Positions 44,311 to 53,843 of a DNA stretch of 64,000 nucleotides are shown piece after piece. A program made the position numbers and the translations under genes. A model generated the notes under the pieces. The model worked only from the letters and a program-made list of their open reading frames with translations, did not search any database and had not been told where the DNA came from. Origin of the DNA: Phenylobacterium sp. Its GTDB lineage: Bacteria; Pseudomonadota; Alphaproteobacteria; Caulobacterales; Caulobacteraceae. Location of the stretch: the NCBI RefSeq assembly GCF_036963605.1, contig NZ_JBALUY010000002.1, forward strand, positions 961 to 64,960, written 5' to 3'. The number at the start of each line of letters is the position of its first letter. Position 1 is the stretch's first letter.

Positions 44311-46199
44311 TGTCGCACCAGTCCGCACTCATCGCCGAAGATATCGACGCCTATCTCAAGGCTCACGAGCACAAGAGCCTGCTTCGCTTCCTGACCTGCG
44401 GGTCGGTGGACGACGGCAAGTCCACCCTGATCGGCCGCCTGCTCTACGATTCGAAGATGATCTTCGAGGATCAGATGGCCGCGCTGGAGGCCGACTCCAA
44501 GAAGATCGGCACCCAAGGCGGCGATATCGACTTCGCCCTGCTGGTGGACGGCCTGGCCGCCGAGCGCGAGCAAGGCATCACCATCGATGTCGCCTACCGC
44601 TTCTTCTCCACCGACAAGCGCAAGTTCATCGTCGCCGACACCCCTGGCCACGAGCAGTACACCCGCAACATGGTCACCGGCGCCTCCACGGCGGACGCGG
44701 CCATCATCCTGATCGACGCGCGCAAGGGCGTGTTGACCCAGACGCGCAGGCACTCCTACCTCGTCTCCCTGCTGGGCATCCGGCACGTGGTGCTGGCCAT
44801 CAACAAGATGGACCTGGTCGGCTGGAGCCAGGAGGTGTTCGACTCCATCCTGGCCGAGTACCACGACTTCGCCGCCCAGATCGGCATCCGCGATTTCACC
44901 GCCATTCCGATGTCGGCTCTGAAGGGCGACAACATCACCGAGACCAGCGAGAAGGCGCCCTGGTACAAAGGTCCGGCGCTGATGCCGCACCTGGAAGCCC
45001 TTGAGGTCGAGGATGACCTGCGGGAGAAGCCCTTCCGCATGCCCATCCAGTGGGTCAACCGGCCGGACCTGGATTTCCGCGGCTTCTCCGGCCTGATCGC
45101 CACCGGGACCATCGCGCCTGGCGACAAGGTCAAGGCCCTGCCCTCGGGGCGTGAAAGCACCGTGGCCCGCATCGTCACCATGACCGGCGACCTGCCCCGC
45201 GCCGTGGCCGGCCAGTCGGTCACAATCACGCTGACCGACGAGATCGACGTCAGCCGCGGCGATGTCCTCTCCATCGCCGGCCAGCCGCCGGAAGTGGCCG
45301 ACCAGTTCGAGAGCACCATCGTCTGGATGGACGACGAGGGCATGCTTCCCGGCCGCCCCTATCTGATGAAGATCGGGACCCGGGTCGTCGGCGCCAGCAT
45401 CACTGAGCCCAAGTACAAGGTGAATGTGAACACCCTCGAACAGCTGGCCGCCAAGCGGCTCGAGCTGAACGAGATCGGCGTCTGCAATATCTCGCTCGAC
45501 GCCCCCATCGCCTTCGACGCCTACAAGGACAACCACACCCTTGGCGGCTTCATCCTCATCGACCGGATCTCCAACCGGACGGTGGGGGCGGGCATGCTCC
45601 ACTTCGCCCTGCGCCGCAGCCAGAACATCCACTGGCAGGCCCTGGACGTCTCCAAGGCCTCCCGCGCCGCCCAGAAGGGCCAGAAGGGCCGGGTGGTCTG
45701 GCTGACCGGCCTCTCGGGCGCCGGCAAGTCGACCATCGCCAACCTGGTCGAAAAGCGGATGCAGGCCGACGGTCGCCACACCTATCTGCTGGACGGCGAC
45801 AATGTCCGCCACGGCCTCAACAAGGACCTGGGCTTCACCGAAGAGGACCGGGTGGAGAACATCCGTCGGGTGGCCGAGGTCTCCAGGCTGATGGTCGATG
45901 CGGGGCTGATCGTGCTGGTCTCCTTCATCTCGCCCTTCCGGGCCGAGCGCCGGATGGCCCGCGACCTGATGGAGGACGGCGAGTTCGTCGAGGTCTATGT
46001 GGCCACCCCCCTGGCCGTGGCCGAAGAGCGCGACGTCAAGGGCCTCTACGCCAAGGCCCGAGCCGGCGAGCTGAAGAACTTCACCGGCATCGACTCTCCT
46101 TATGAAGAGCCGGAAAACGCCGAGATCATGGTTGACACCACCACCCTGTCGCCCGAACAGGCGGCCGAGGAAATCGTCGACTGGCTGGCCAAGAACTAG
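44310..46199 (+). CDS. cysN: bifunctional sulfate adenylyltransferase subunit 1 / adenylylsulfate kinase
   Basis: GTPase motifs [18 protein letters not shown]. The C-terminal APS kinase domain has P-loop GLSGAGKST. Confidence 0.95.
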   Translation: MSHQSALIAEDIDAYLKAHEHKSLLRFLTCGSVDDGKSTLIGRLLYDSKMIFEDQMAALEADSKKIGTQGGDIDFALLVDGLAAEREQGITIDVAYRFFSTDKRKFIVADTPGHEQYTRNMVTGASTADAAIILIDARKGVLTQTRRHSYLVSLLGIRHVVLAINKMDLVGWSQEVFDSILAEYHDFAAQIGIRDFTAIPMSALKGDNITETSEKAPWYKGPALMPHLEALEVEDDLREKPFRMPIQWVNRPDLDFRGFSGLIATGTIAPGDKVKALPSGRESTVARIVTMTGDLPRAVAGQSVTITLTDEIDVSRGDVLSIAGQPPEVADQFESTIVWMDDEGMLPGRPYLMKIGTRVVGASITEPKYKVNVNTLEQLAAKRLELNEIGVCNISLDAPIAFDAYKDNHTLGGFILIDRISNRTVGAGMLHFALRRSQNIHWQALDVSKASRAAQKGQKGRVVWLTGLSGAGKSTIANLVEKRMQADGRHTYLLDGDNVRHGLNKDLGFTEEDRVENIRRVAEVSRLMVDAGLIVLVSFISPFRAERRMARDLMEDGEFVEVYVATPLAVAEERDVKGLYAKARAGELKNFTGIDSPYEEPENAEIMVDTTTLSPEQAAEEIVDWLAKN

Positions 46200-46224
46200 G
46201 GTCAGGACGACGCAGACGACAGAA

Positions 46225-46257
46225 GGGCCGGACGCCGCAAGGCGCCCGGCCCTTTTT
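46225..46257 (+). terminator. Rho-independent terminator after cysNC
   Basis: GGGCCGGACGCC-gcaa-GGCGCCCGGCCC followed by TTTTT. Confidence 0.75.
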
Positions 46258-46277
46258 CGTTTCGCCAAGGCGATAGC

Positions 46278-46775
46278 TCAATTGGCGGAAGCGCCGCCTC
46301 GTCCGACATCGACCACCGGGATGATATTCTCGCGGATGAATTCAAGCCTGCTCTTTAGCATCCGCGCGTGCTCTTCTGTCGGGGCGGCGGCGACCGGATA
46401 AGCGCCTTCCAGGTCGTCATCGTCTAAGACTCGATCGGCCCAATCCTCCATGAAGACGCAATAGGTTTCGAGCGCTTCGGCGGCGTTGGGGGAGTCGTCA
46501 GTCGCAAAATGGGCGGGCGGCAGGTCCCCTACGATCACCCATAGCTCGGCATCCTCTTCGCCCTCCCACCGTATCGGCTCGTCAAAGCGAACAAGGAACA
46601 GGGCGAGGATGCGGCTCACCCCAAAGGCCAGCAGCATCTCGCCGATGGGCTTCGACCAGGGGCGTGTCAGGACATAGTCACGCGCCTCCGCCTCAAGCTC
46701 GGCGAGTTGCGCGTCCTCCTCAGGATCAGGCACGCCCGCGAGTTGAAAGCCTGAAGTGTCGACGGGAGGGTTCAT
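46278..46775 (-). CDS. acidic hypothetical protein, candidate immunity partner of the HNH nuclease
   Basis: 165 aa, rich in D/E (EGEEDAELWVIVGDLPP, VLDDDDLEG). Starts 28 nt downstream of the HNH gene on the same strand, in AT-richer DNA. Confidence 0.5.
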   Translation of the reverse strand: MNPPVDTSGFQLAGVPDPEEDAQLAELEAEARDYVLTRPWSKPIGEMLLAFGVSRILALFLVRFDEPIRWEGEEDAELWVIVGDLPPAHFATDDSPNAAEALETYCVFMEDWADRVLDDDDLEGAYPVAAAPTEEHARMLKSRLEFIRENIIPVVDVGRGGASAN

Positions 46776-46803
46776 GAGGCGAGACCTGCGGAAACGAAGG
46801 GTC

Positions 46804-47556
46804 TCAGATTACGACCGGATCGCCAGGTTTCCAATCGGAATTGATCACCTTTTGTTCGCGCTCAAGCTGCCGCTGCATGTCCTCCTCGCTGGGCCATCCC
46901 ACCATGTCGCTCGTAAAGTTGTCCCAGTTGTCCGTGCGGATGCGGTTGGAGAGCACCCCGGTGATGGTTGGCAATATTGCGAGGGGACTTAGGGCTCGCG
47001 CGACACGCCCCCCGAACGCCCTGGCTATGGCGGCGCGCTTCGCCCAGCGGGAATAGTCCCCATTCGCCTTGTGCTGCGCCACATGAAGGTCCCGGTGTAT
47101 GGGCTCAATGTTCTCAAGCGTGTTGGTACCACCATCAGCCAGCGCCTTGATGTGGCCGACGTCGTATAGCCTGCCCGTCAAAGGATCTCGCGGCCAAGGG
47201 CGGCCCTCACGCTTCTCCCACTGCCTAATGAGGCGCGGGTTCGCAGGATCGCCGACTGGTAAGAAATAGGCTTGCTGTGGTTCCGCGGGATGGAAGGAAG
47301 GTCCGCCATCGTGTTGGGAGTCCAACCCGTCGCCAATGCGCCGCCAACCGCCGGTACCGGTTGCAATGTAGAGGCCGTCGTCCACAGCAGGAGCGATCAG
47401 GCCCTCCGTCTGCTGCGTGGCTCCGGACTGCCGCCGTGTTTCGAATTGATAGTCTAGCCAGTCTTGGGCTTCGACTTCATCACGTTCTTGCTCAATTTCA
47501 GACGAAGTTCTTCGATACCAGTGAGAAGGCTTCCCCGCCCAGGCGTGCGGGATCAA
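46804..47556 (-). CDS. HNH/EndoVII-fold nuclease (GH-E-like toxin domain) without a delivery domain
   Basis: PRDPLTGRLYDVGHIKALADGGTNTLENIEPIHRDLHVAQHK carries DP, GH, E/N and H residues in HNH spacing. TTG start with an in-frame TAG at 47587-47589 just upstream, so there is no longer N-terminus. Confidence 0.65.
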   Translation of the reverse strand: MIPHAWAGKPSHWYRRTSSEIEQERDEVEAQDWLDYQFETRRQSGATQQTEGLIAPAVDDGLYIATGTGGWRRIGDGLDSQHDGGPSFHPAEPQQAYFLPVGDPANPRLIRQWEKREGRPWPRDPLTGRLYDVGHIKALADGGTNTLENIEPIHRDLHVAQHKANGDYSRWAKRAAIARAFGGRVARALSPLAILPTITGVLSNRIRTDNWDNFTSDMVGWPSEEDMQRQLEREQKVINSDWKPGDPVVI

Positions 47557-47817
47557 TGGGGCGGCGCGCCATGCCTGCTCCTTATGCTAACTTGTCATTG
47601 CTGTTACGCGAGCTGCAGCTTGGCCACGGGCGCCTGGGGCGCAAAAACTCACGCTAGCGAAACTCTGCCAAAGAAACGGGGGCCGTCAAGAACAAAACAC
47701 GAACATTGTGAAGCGCGCAGATGTCCACTTGGCCAACAGCGCGTGTTCATGCCGCCCAGCCACGAGAACGCGTCGATCTGAGCAAGGCCGCTGCGTCCAA
47801 ACCAGCGCCGCCCGCGG

Positions 47818-48243
47818 TCATGCTAGGTGTCGCACCTCAACGCCCAAGGCGCGAGCGGCTTCCGCCATTCGCCGATCAAGGGTGACCAGGACGTGCCGAT
47901 CCCGCCGACATAGCGCGATGTGAAGAGCGTCGGGCATGCGCAGCATCAGATCAAAGCGTCGGACATAGAGGTCGGCGACCTCAACGTCCGACGGCGCCAG
48001 CTGGGCGGGGATCGCGCTTGTGGCCCGCCAAGCGTCGAAGCTGGCGAGCAGGGCGCGGGCATCATCGGCGCTCAGGCGCCCTGTGCGCACCAGACGCGAT
48101 ACGGCCGAGGCGGTCTCGCCCGCCGCGAAAGTGCTTACGGTCAGAGGCTCGGCCAAGTCCGACACAAAGGCGTCCAGGGTGGCGCTGGCCGCCTCCTCCA
48201 CCAGGATCGGCAGGATCGCGCTGGCGTCCAGATAGAAGCTCAA
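47818..48243 (-). CDS. vapC: PIN-domain toxin VapC
   Basis: FYLDASAILPILVEE, TFAAGETASAV and PDALHIALC are PIN motifs. 4-nt overlap with the antitoxin gene. Confidence 0.85.
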   Translation of the reverse strand: MSFYLDASAILPILVEEAASATLDAFVSDLAEPLTVSTFAAGETASAVSRLVRTGRLSADDARALLASFDAWRATSAIPAQLAPSDVEVADLYVRRFDLMLRMPDALHIALCRRDRHVLVTLDRRMAEAARALGVEVRHLA

Positions 48244-48488
48244 ACCTCGCCGTCTTCGTACATGCCCCGCAGCAATTCGACGGACGTCTGCGCCGCCCCG
48301 GTAGGCTTCAGGCGACGGGCGCGTAGCCAGTCGTAGCCCGCGCCGGGCGTCACGGGGGTTGAACGGATCGCTCGTAGTTCCGCCACCGGCTTTCCGTGTC
48401 GGGTGATGATGACCTCTTCGCCATCGAGCGCGAGGTCTATCAGCCTAGGAAGGCCATTCTTTGCATCGGCGACGCTGTAGGTGGACAT
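48240..48488 (-). CDS. Phd/YefM-type antitoxin
   Basis: MSTYSVADAKNGLPRLIDLALDGEEVIITRHGKPVAEL. Confidence 0.85.
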   Translation of the reverse strand: MSTYSVADAKNGLPRLIDLALDGEEVIITRHGKPVAELRAIRSTPVTPGAGYDWLRARRLKPTGAAQTSVELLRGMYEDGEV

Positions 48489-48501
48489 CTTCGACCCCCG
48501 G

Positions 48502-48520
48502 ATATTATGGCCATCAATAT
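48502..48520. promoter_or_regulatory. near-palindrome ATATTATGG/CCATCAATAT, candidate antitoxin operator
   Basis: AT-rich imperfect inverted repeat centred on GGCC, 14-32 nt upstream of the antitoxin ATG. Confidence 0.3.
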
Positions 48521-48575
48521 AGCTATAAAACGCGAGAGCGCCAGCACACCTGAGGGGAATGATGACGAGCCTCGC

Positions 48576-49100
48576 CTACCCACGACACGTGGAGAGGATC
48601 TCATCGACAACGCGGGCGATGGGCGCGGTGGCGTCGATGCTCACGGCGGTCTTCGGCAGGTCCTCTTTCGTGGCGTGCAGCCGCGCAATCAGCCGCCGCT
48701 CGGCCGGCCTCCCTCCGAACTCGTCCTCCGCCCGCGCGGCAAGTCGCCGGCTCAAGGTGTCGGCGTCGATGTCGAGAATAAAGACCTCGTCGAACAGATG
48801 GATGAAGTGGCGGTGGTTTCTCGACCCGCCGCAGAAGAAGGACTGCGCAGAGCTCCGGTCGGCGGCCAGGCGCTCGACCTCGTCCACGTTCCAGATCCAG
48901 CGCTCGTGGCGCCACCGGGCGATGTCTGTCACGGCCTCCGAAGTCAGCGGCTCCAGGGCGGCGCCCGTCTCGGGATCGCCGAGATAGGCCAAGGTCCGGT
49001 CTCCATGGATGACGTGGCGGCCACGCCGCTCCAGTTCCTCAGCGACCGTCGTCTTGCCGGCCCCGGAAACGCCTTCGATCAGGTAGTTCCGGACGCCCAT
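48576..49100 (-). CDS. P-loop NTPase / small-molecule kinase-like protein
   Basis: Walker A GVSGAGKTT near the N-terminus, 174 aa. The track ORF is over-extended upstream. Confidence 0.65.
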   Translation of the reverse strand: MGVRNYLIEGVSGAGKTTVAEELERRGRHVIHGDRTLAYLGDPETGAALEPLTSEAVTDIARWRHERWIWNVDEVERLAADRSSAQSFFCGGSRNHRHFIHLFDEVFILDIDADTLSRRLAARAEDEFGGRPAERRLIARLHATKEDLPKTAVSIDATAPIARVVDEILSTCRG

Positions 49101-49134
49101 GGCCGTCTTGCTCAGGTGTTGGTCCTCGGGCGCC

Positions 49135-49602
49135 CTAGCGCCTGACCTCCCACTCTTCCGTGTCGTGGTCGGGGTGCTGGTAGGACACGATACCCGCCAG
49201 GTGAACGGCCGCGGCAGGCTCGTCCAGGGGGTGGACCGGCAGGCTCGCGAGGTCTTCGAAATAGGGGACCTGCGCCGGCGAGGCGAGTTGCTCGCACAGC
49301 CGCACCTCGGCGGGTCGGTCGAGGGCGCCGATGGCCAGGCTGACATGCTGGCCGCCATATTCGAAGGTCAGCGGGGTGCCGCAGTCGCCGCAAAATCCAC
49401 GACGGACCTTGTTTGAGCTCTGGAAACGCCTGGGCTCGCCGCGGGTCCAGACCAGAGCTTCGAATGGCGCGCCGACGAAGGGACCGAACAGGCCGCCCGT
49501 CGCCTTCTGGCACATGCGGCAATGGCAGATGGAGGCTTCGCCGAGGTCGCCCTCGACGCGGAACCGCACGGCCCCGCACTGGCATCCGCCGGTCATAGAC
49601 AT
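49135..49602 (-). CDS. GFA family protein (CENP-V/glutathione-dependent formaldehyde-activating enzyme fold)
   Basis: GGCQCGAVRF...CHCRMCQK...FCGDCGTPL are zinc-binding Cys motifs. Confidence 0.85.
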   Translation of the reverse strand: MSMTGGCQCGAVRFRVEGDLGEASICHCRMCQKATGGLFGPFVGAPFEALVWTRGEPRRFQSSNKVRRGFCGDCGTPLTFEYGGQHVSLAIGALDRPAEVRLCEQLASPAQVPYFEDLASLPVHPLDEPAAAVHLAGIVSYQHPDHDTEEWEVRR

Positions 49603-49719
49603 CGCCCCGCCTCCATCCCCCTCAAGCCCCAGGGCTCGCTCCGCAAGCGCGCCTGAGATCGATGCATGGTCCTTCGGTCTCTCGCCGAACTCAAGCGGTG
49701 TAAGCCGCCTGGGAGGCGT

Positions 49720-51093
49720 CTAACCCCCGTGGAAATTACCTAGCGCGGCCAGGACCCGCTCCTGCACCGCCGGCGCGGGCTTGGGCGGCTCGAAGGCGCG
49801 GCCGGTGATCCGCTCGTGGGCCTCGACATAGGTCAGGGCCGTTTTCCAGATCAGTTCCGGCGGGATTTCCGGGATGTCCTCGGCATAGGGATCGCACCGC
49901 GCCGCCACCCAGGCGCGGATCACGTCCTTGTCGAAGCTCTCTGGGCTCTCGCCGGCGGCGAGACGGCGCGGGTAGGTGTCGGCCCGCCAGTAGCGGCTGG
50001 AATCGGGGGTGTGGATTTCATCGGCGAGGCGAAGGGTTCCTTCGGCGTCGACGCCGAATTCGTACTTCGTATCGGCAAGGATCAGACCGCGCTCAGCGGC
50101 CAGCGCCTGGCCCCGGGCGAACAGCGCCAGGGCGGTTTCGCTGACCTGTCGCCACTGGGCCTGGCTGAGAAGGCCGCGGCCGGTGATCTCTTCTGCGGTC
50201 AGCGGCGCGTCATGGGCCCCGTCGACGGCCTTGCTGGTCGGCGTGATCATCGGCGCCTCCAGCGCCTGGTTGTCGGCCAGGCCGTCGGGCAGCCGATGCC
50301 CGTACATCTCCCGCTGGCCAGCCCGGTACATGGTCAGGACCGAGGTGCTGGTCGTACCCGCCAGATAGCCGCGCACGACGATCTCCACCGGCAGAATCTC
50401 AAGCCGCCGCCCCACCACAATATTGGGGTCCGGATAGTCCAGCACGTGGTTGGGACAGATGTCGGCGGTCTGCTCGAAGGCCCAGCGGGCGACGCTGTTC
50501 AGCACCTGGCCCTTGAACGGAACGCAGCACAGCACCCGGTCGAAGGCCGACAGTCGATCGGAAGTGACCAAGATCCGCCGCCCGTCCGGCAGGTCGTAAT
50601 TGTCGCGCACCTTGCCGCGATAGAGGCCGGGCAGCTCCGGATCGATCGCGTCGCGCAACACCTGGTGGGCGCTGGCCGCCAGTCTGGCTTCATCCATGGT
50701 CGACATGGTCGTCTCCCTAACAAGTTCAATGAGGTTTTCCAGGGAGAGTCGCCCGTCCCGCGACATCGTCGCGCGCGCGGCTTGAACCGCCTTGCGCGCA
50801 CGGTCCAGGTCGTTGATCCGCGTGGTGAGGACGTCTTCCTGGAGGGCGAGCAGGGCCGGCAGGTCCGGCGCCCGACCGCCGAGGACCTGCGCGATGCGGG
50901 CCAAGGACAGACCGAGCGACTTCAGCGTCAGCACATGGTGCAGGCGCTCTATGTCCCCTGCCCCATAGACTCGCCAGCCTGAGGCCGTCCGCCCGGGCCG
51001 GACCAGACCCTTCCGCTCGTAAAGGCGCAAGGCCCGCACACCGACACCGAGGCGCCGCGCGGTTTCGCTGGGACTCAGGAAGCGTTCGCTCAT
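49720..51093 (-). CDS. in-frame fusion: MerR-family HTH plus long-form SAICAR synthetase (PurC)
   Basis: Residues 1-130: [58 protein letters not shown] (MerR HTH plus coiled coil). Then, with no stop codon, MSTMDEARL...[12 protein letters not shown]...[13 protein letters not shown]...LADTKYEFG (PurC). An internal ATG at 50706 is preceded by AGGGAGA. Confidence 0.75.
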   Translation of the reverse strand: MSERFLSPSETARRLGVGVRALRLYERKGLVRPGRTASGWRVYGAGDIERLHHVLTLKSLGLSLARIAQVLGGRAPDLPALLALQEDVLTTRINDLDRARKAVQAARATMSRDGRLSLENLIELVRETTMSTMDEARLAASAHQVLRDAIDPELPGLYRGKVRDNYDLPDGRRILVTSDRLSAFDRVLCCVPFKGQVLNSVARWAFEQTADICPNHVLDYPDPNIVVGRRLEILPVEIVVRGYLAGTTSTSVLTMYRAGQREMYGHRLPDGLADNQALEAPMITPTSKAVDGAHDAPLTAEEITGRGLLSQAQWRQVSETALALFARGQALAAERGLILADTKYEFGVDAEGTLRLADEIHTPDSSRYWRADTYPRRLAAGESPESFDKDVIRAWVAARCDPYAEDIPEIPPELIWKTALTYVEAHERITGRAFEPPKPAPAVQERVLAALGNFHGG

Positions 51094-51319
51094 CCTCTGG
51101 CGTCTCCATGGGATGCGCCCACCTATGGGGCCGGACCCAGGTTCCGGCTCAAGCTCTATTTCCATCCTATCGCATCGGCGTCGAGCCGATCCGTTGCGCC
51201 GCCTGTCCCGCGCACCCGCCTCGCTTGCGCCGTGATCGCGACGGATATGGCGACTTCGCCCGTGAGAGCAGACATGGGCGGTCTCCCCGCCGCCCAGGTC
51301 AGCATCAGGATACCGTGTT

Positions 51320-53803
51320 TTGAGTCTCCCTCATCCCCGCGCCGCCCGCCTGCGGGCGCACCTCCTCGCCGGCGTCGCGCTGGCCAGCCTGTCCACCGCC
51401 GCCCTCGCCCAGGAGGCCGAGGACTACGACTATGGCGATGTCGAGGTCGAGGAACTGGTGGTCAGCGGGTCGCGGCCGGCCGGTTCGGTGATCGGCGACA
51501 TCACCCCGGAGCTGACCCTGTCGCCCCAGGAAATCCGCGCCTATGGTGCGTCCAGCGTCACCGAACTGCTGGAGGCGCTGGCGCCCCAGATCGGCAGCGG
51601 CCAAGGGGGCGGCCGACCGGTCATCCTGATCAATGGCGGTCGCATCTCCGGCTTCTCAGAGATCCGCGACCTGCCCACCGAGGCGATCGCCCGGGTCGAG
51701 ATCCTGCCTGAGGAACTCTCCCTGAAGTACGGCTACCCCGCCGAACAGAAGGTCGTGAACATGGTGCTGCGGCCGAGGTTCCGCGCCACCCTGGTCGAGG
51801 GGTCGGCGACCACGCCCACCCAGGCCGGCGGCGGCGAGACCCTGGGCGCCCACGGCGCGCGCCTCGATATCCTGCAGGGCCGGCGGCTGACCCTGGATGC
51901 CAAGGCCAACACCACCGATCCCATCGAGGAAAGCGACCGCGACATCGTCGGCGGCGAAGGCGCCTTCCGTTCCCTCCAGCCACAGTCGAACGATGTGAGC
52001 CTGAACGCGGTCTACGCCAAACCGCTGGACAACGGCGTCTCCTTCTCGGTGAACGGCCTGTTCGAGGCCAGCGAGAGCGAGTCCCGCCAGGGGCTCTCGC
52101 CCTTCGGGCCTGAGGCCCAGCTGCGCAACACCCAGTCCCAGACGGGCAAGCTCGCCGCCTCGGCCGCCGGCGCCCTGGCCGGCTGGCAATGGTCGACCAC
52201 CGGCGAGATCGAGCGCGGCGAGACCGAGACCGACACCGACCGGGCCTCGGGCGGCGTGGCCTTCCTCGACACCTCCCGCACGCTCAGCACCTCGGCCCAG
52301 GCCGACCTGGTGCTCAACCGCGCGCTCTGGGAGCTGCCGGCCGGCCAGGTGAGCACGGCGCTCACCGCCCGGGCCTCGGCGATCGAACTGGAAAGCGAGG
52401 CCACCCGCCTCGGCGTCGATCAGTCCAGCGACCTGTCGCGGACCGTCGGCGAGCTGCGGAGCAATTTCGACATCCCCCTCACCCGGGCGGGCGAAGGCCT
52501 GGGCGAGCGGATCGGCCGCCTGTCCGGCAATCTGAATTTCGGGATCGAACAGGTCTCCGATTTCGGCGCCCTGGAGACCTATGGCTACGGCCTGAACTGG
52601 CGGCCCACCCCGGAAATCCGCGTGCTGGGCTCGTTCAGCCGCAGCGGCGAGGCGCCGACCATCAACCAGCTAGGTGATCCCGTCACCGTGACGACCGGGG
52701 TTCGGGTCTTCGACCTGGTCCGCGGCGAAACCGCCGAAGTGACCCGTACGTCCGGCGGCATCGCCAACCTCGACGCCGGGCAAAAGGACGTCTTCAAGCT
52801 GGGCGCCACATACGAGCCCTTTGAGGACGTCAATCTCCGGTTCCAGGCCAACTACGTCTCCAGCCGCACCCACGACGCCATCGTCGCCTTCCCCTCGGCC
52901 TCGACCCAGGTGGAGGCCGCCTTCCCCGACCGTTTCACCCGCGACGCCTCGGGCGCCCTGACGGCCATCGACGCCCGGCCGGTGAACTTCGCCCTTCAGG
53001 CCCGCGACGAGGTTCGCTGGGGTCTGACCTATTCGCGGCAGGTGGGCTCGGCTCCGACGGACGACCAGCGGGCCGAGATGCGCCGCCGCTTCGAAGCGGC
53101 GCGTCCCGCAGCGGCCAGCGCCCCGGCCGAAGGCGCAGAAGGCGGCGCCCCGACGCCCTCCGCCCACACGCCCAATGGCGAAGGTCCCCCTGGGGGTCCG
53201 CCCCCCGGGGAAGGTCCTCGCGCCGGCGGTCCTCCGAGTGGCGGCGGTCCGCCCATGGGCGGCGGACGTGGCGGCCCCGGCGGCGGCGGGGGCTTTGGCG
53301 GCTTCGGCGGCGGCGGCCCGCGCAGCGGCGTCTTCCAGGTCGGCCTCTATCACACCTACGCCTTCCGCGATGAGGTGCAGATCGCGCCCGGCATGCCGAC
53401 CCTGGATCTCCTGGACGGCGCAGCCCTCGGTTCCGGCGGCGGCTCGCCCCGTCATGAGGTCGAGCTGCAGGCCAACTATTCGAAGTCCGGCCTCGGCGTG
53501 GCCATGGACGCCAGCTGGCAGAGCGCCACCCGCATTGATGGCGGCGCGACCGGCGACGACCTCGAATTCTCCGACTTCGCCACCGTCGATCTGCGGCTTT
53601 TCGCCGATCCCGGCATGCAGCGTTGGGCGCGGCAGTACAGCTGGCTGCGCGGCGCCCGGGCGACCCTGTCGATCGAAAACATCTTCGACAGCCGCCAGCA
53701 GGTGCGCACCGCCGACGGCGCCGTTCCCATCACCTATCAGCCGGACCTGATGGACCCGGTGGGCCGCACCGTCCGCCTGACCATCCGCAAGCTGATCTTC
53801 TGA
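51320..53803 (+). CDS. TonB-dependent outer-membrane receptor with a Gly/Pro-rich insertion
   Basis: Signal peptide ...LSTAALAQE, plug region [10 protein letters not shown]...[30 protein letters not shown], beta-barrel ending [12 protein letters not shown] start per the track. Confidence 0.8.
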   Translation: MSLPHPRAARLRAHLLAGVALASLSTAALAQEAEDYDYGDVEVEELVVSGSRPAGSVIGDITPELTLSPQEIRAYGASSVTELLEALAPQIGSGQGGGRPVILINGGRISGFSEIRDLPTEAIARVEILPEELSLKYGYPAEQKVVNMVLRPRFRATLVEGSATTPTQAGGGETLGAHGARLDILQGRRLTLDAKANTTDPIEESDRDIVGGEGAFRSLQPQSNDVSLNAVYAKPLDNGVSFSVNGLFEASESESRQGLSPFGPEAQLRNTQSQTGKLAASAAGALAGWQWSTTGEIERGETETDTDRASGGVAFLDTSRTLSTSAQADLVLNRALWELPAGQVSTALTARASAIELESEATRLGVDQSSDLSRTVGELRSNFDIPLTRAGEGLGERIGRLSGNLNFGIEQVSDFGALETYGYGLNWRPTPEIRVLGSFSRSGEAPTINQLGDPVTVTTGVRVFDLVRGETAEVTRTSGGIANLDAGQKDVFKLGATYEPFEDVNLRFQANYVSSRTHDAIVAFPSASTQVEAAFPDRFTRDASGALTAIDARPVNFALQARDEVRWGLTYSRQVGSAPTDDQRAEMRRRFEAARPAAASAPAEGAEGGAPTPSAHTPNGEGPPGGPPPGEGPRAGGPPSGGGPPMGGGRGGPGGGGGFGGFGGGGPRSGVFQVGLYHTYAFRDEVQIAPGMPTLDLLDGAALGSGGGSPRHEVELQANYSKSGLGVAMDASWQSATRIDGGATGDDLEFSDFATVDLRLFADPGMQRWARQYSWLRGARATLSIENIFDSRQQVRTADGAVPITYQPDLMDPVGRTVRLTIRKLIF

Positions 53804-53843
53804 GGCCTCCGCGGCCGGCGACGACGCCGGCCGCGTCAGGCTC

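Noticed and set aside
44301-46268. 655-aa minus-strand ORF
   Set aside because: Antisense to cysNC, which has clear GTPase and APS-kinase motifs.
53200-53330. GGC-rich repetitive DNA as a possible repeat array or CRISPR-like feature
   Set aside because: It is in frame within the TonB-dependent receptor and encodes a Gly/Pro tract. It has no spacer-repeat periodicity.
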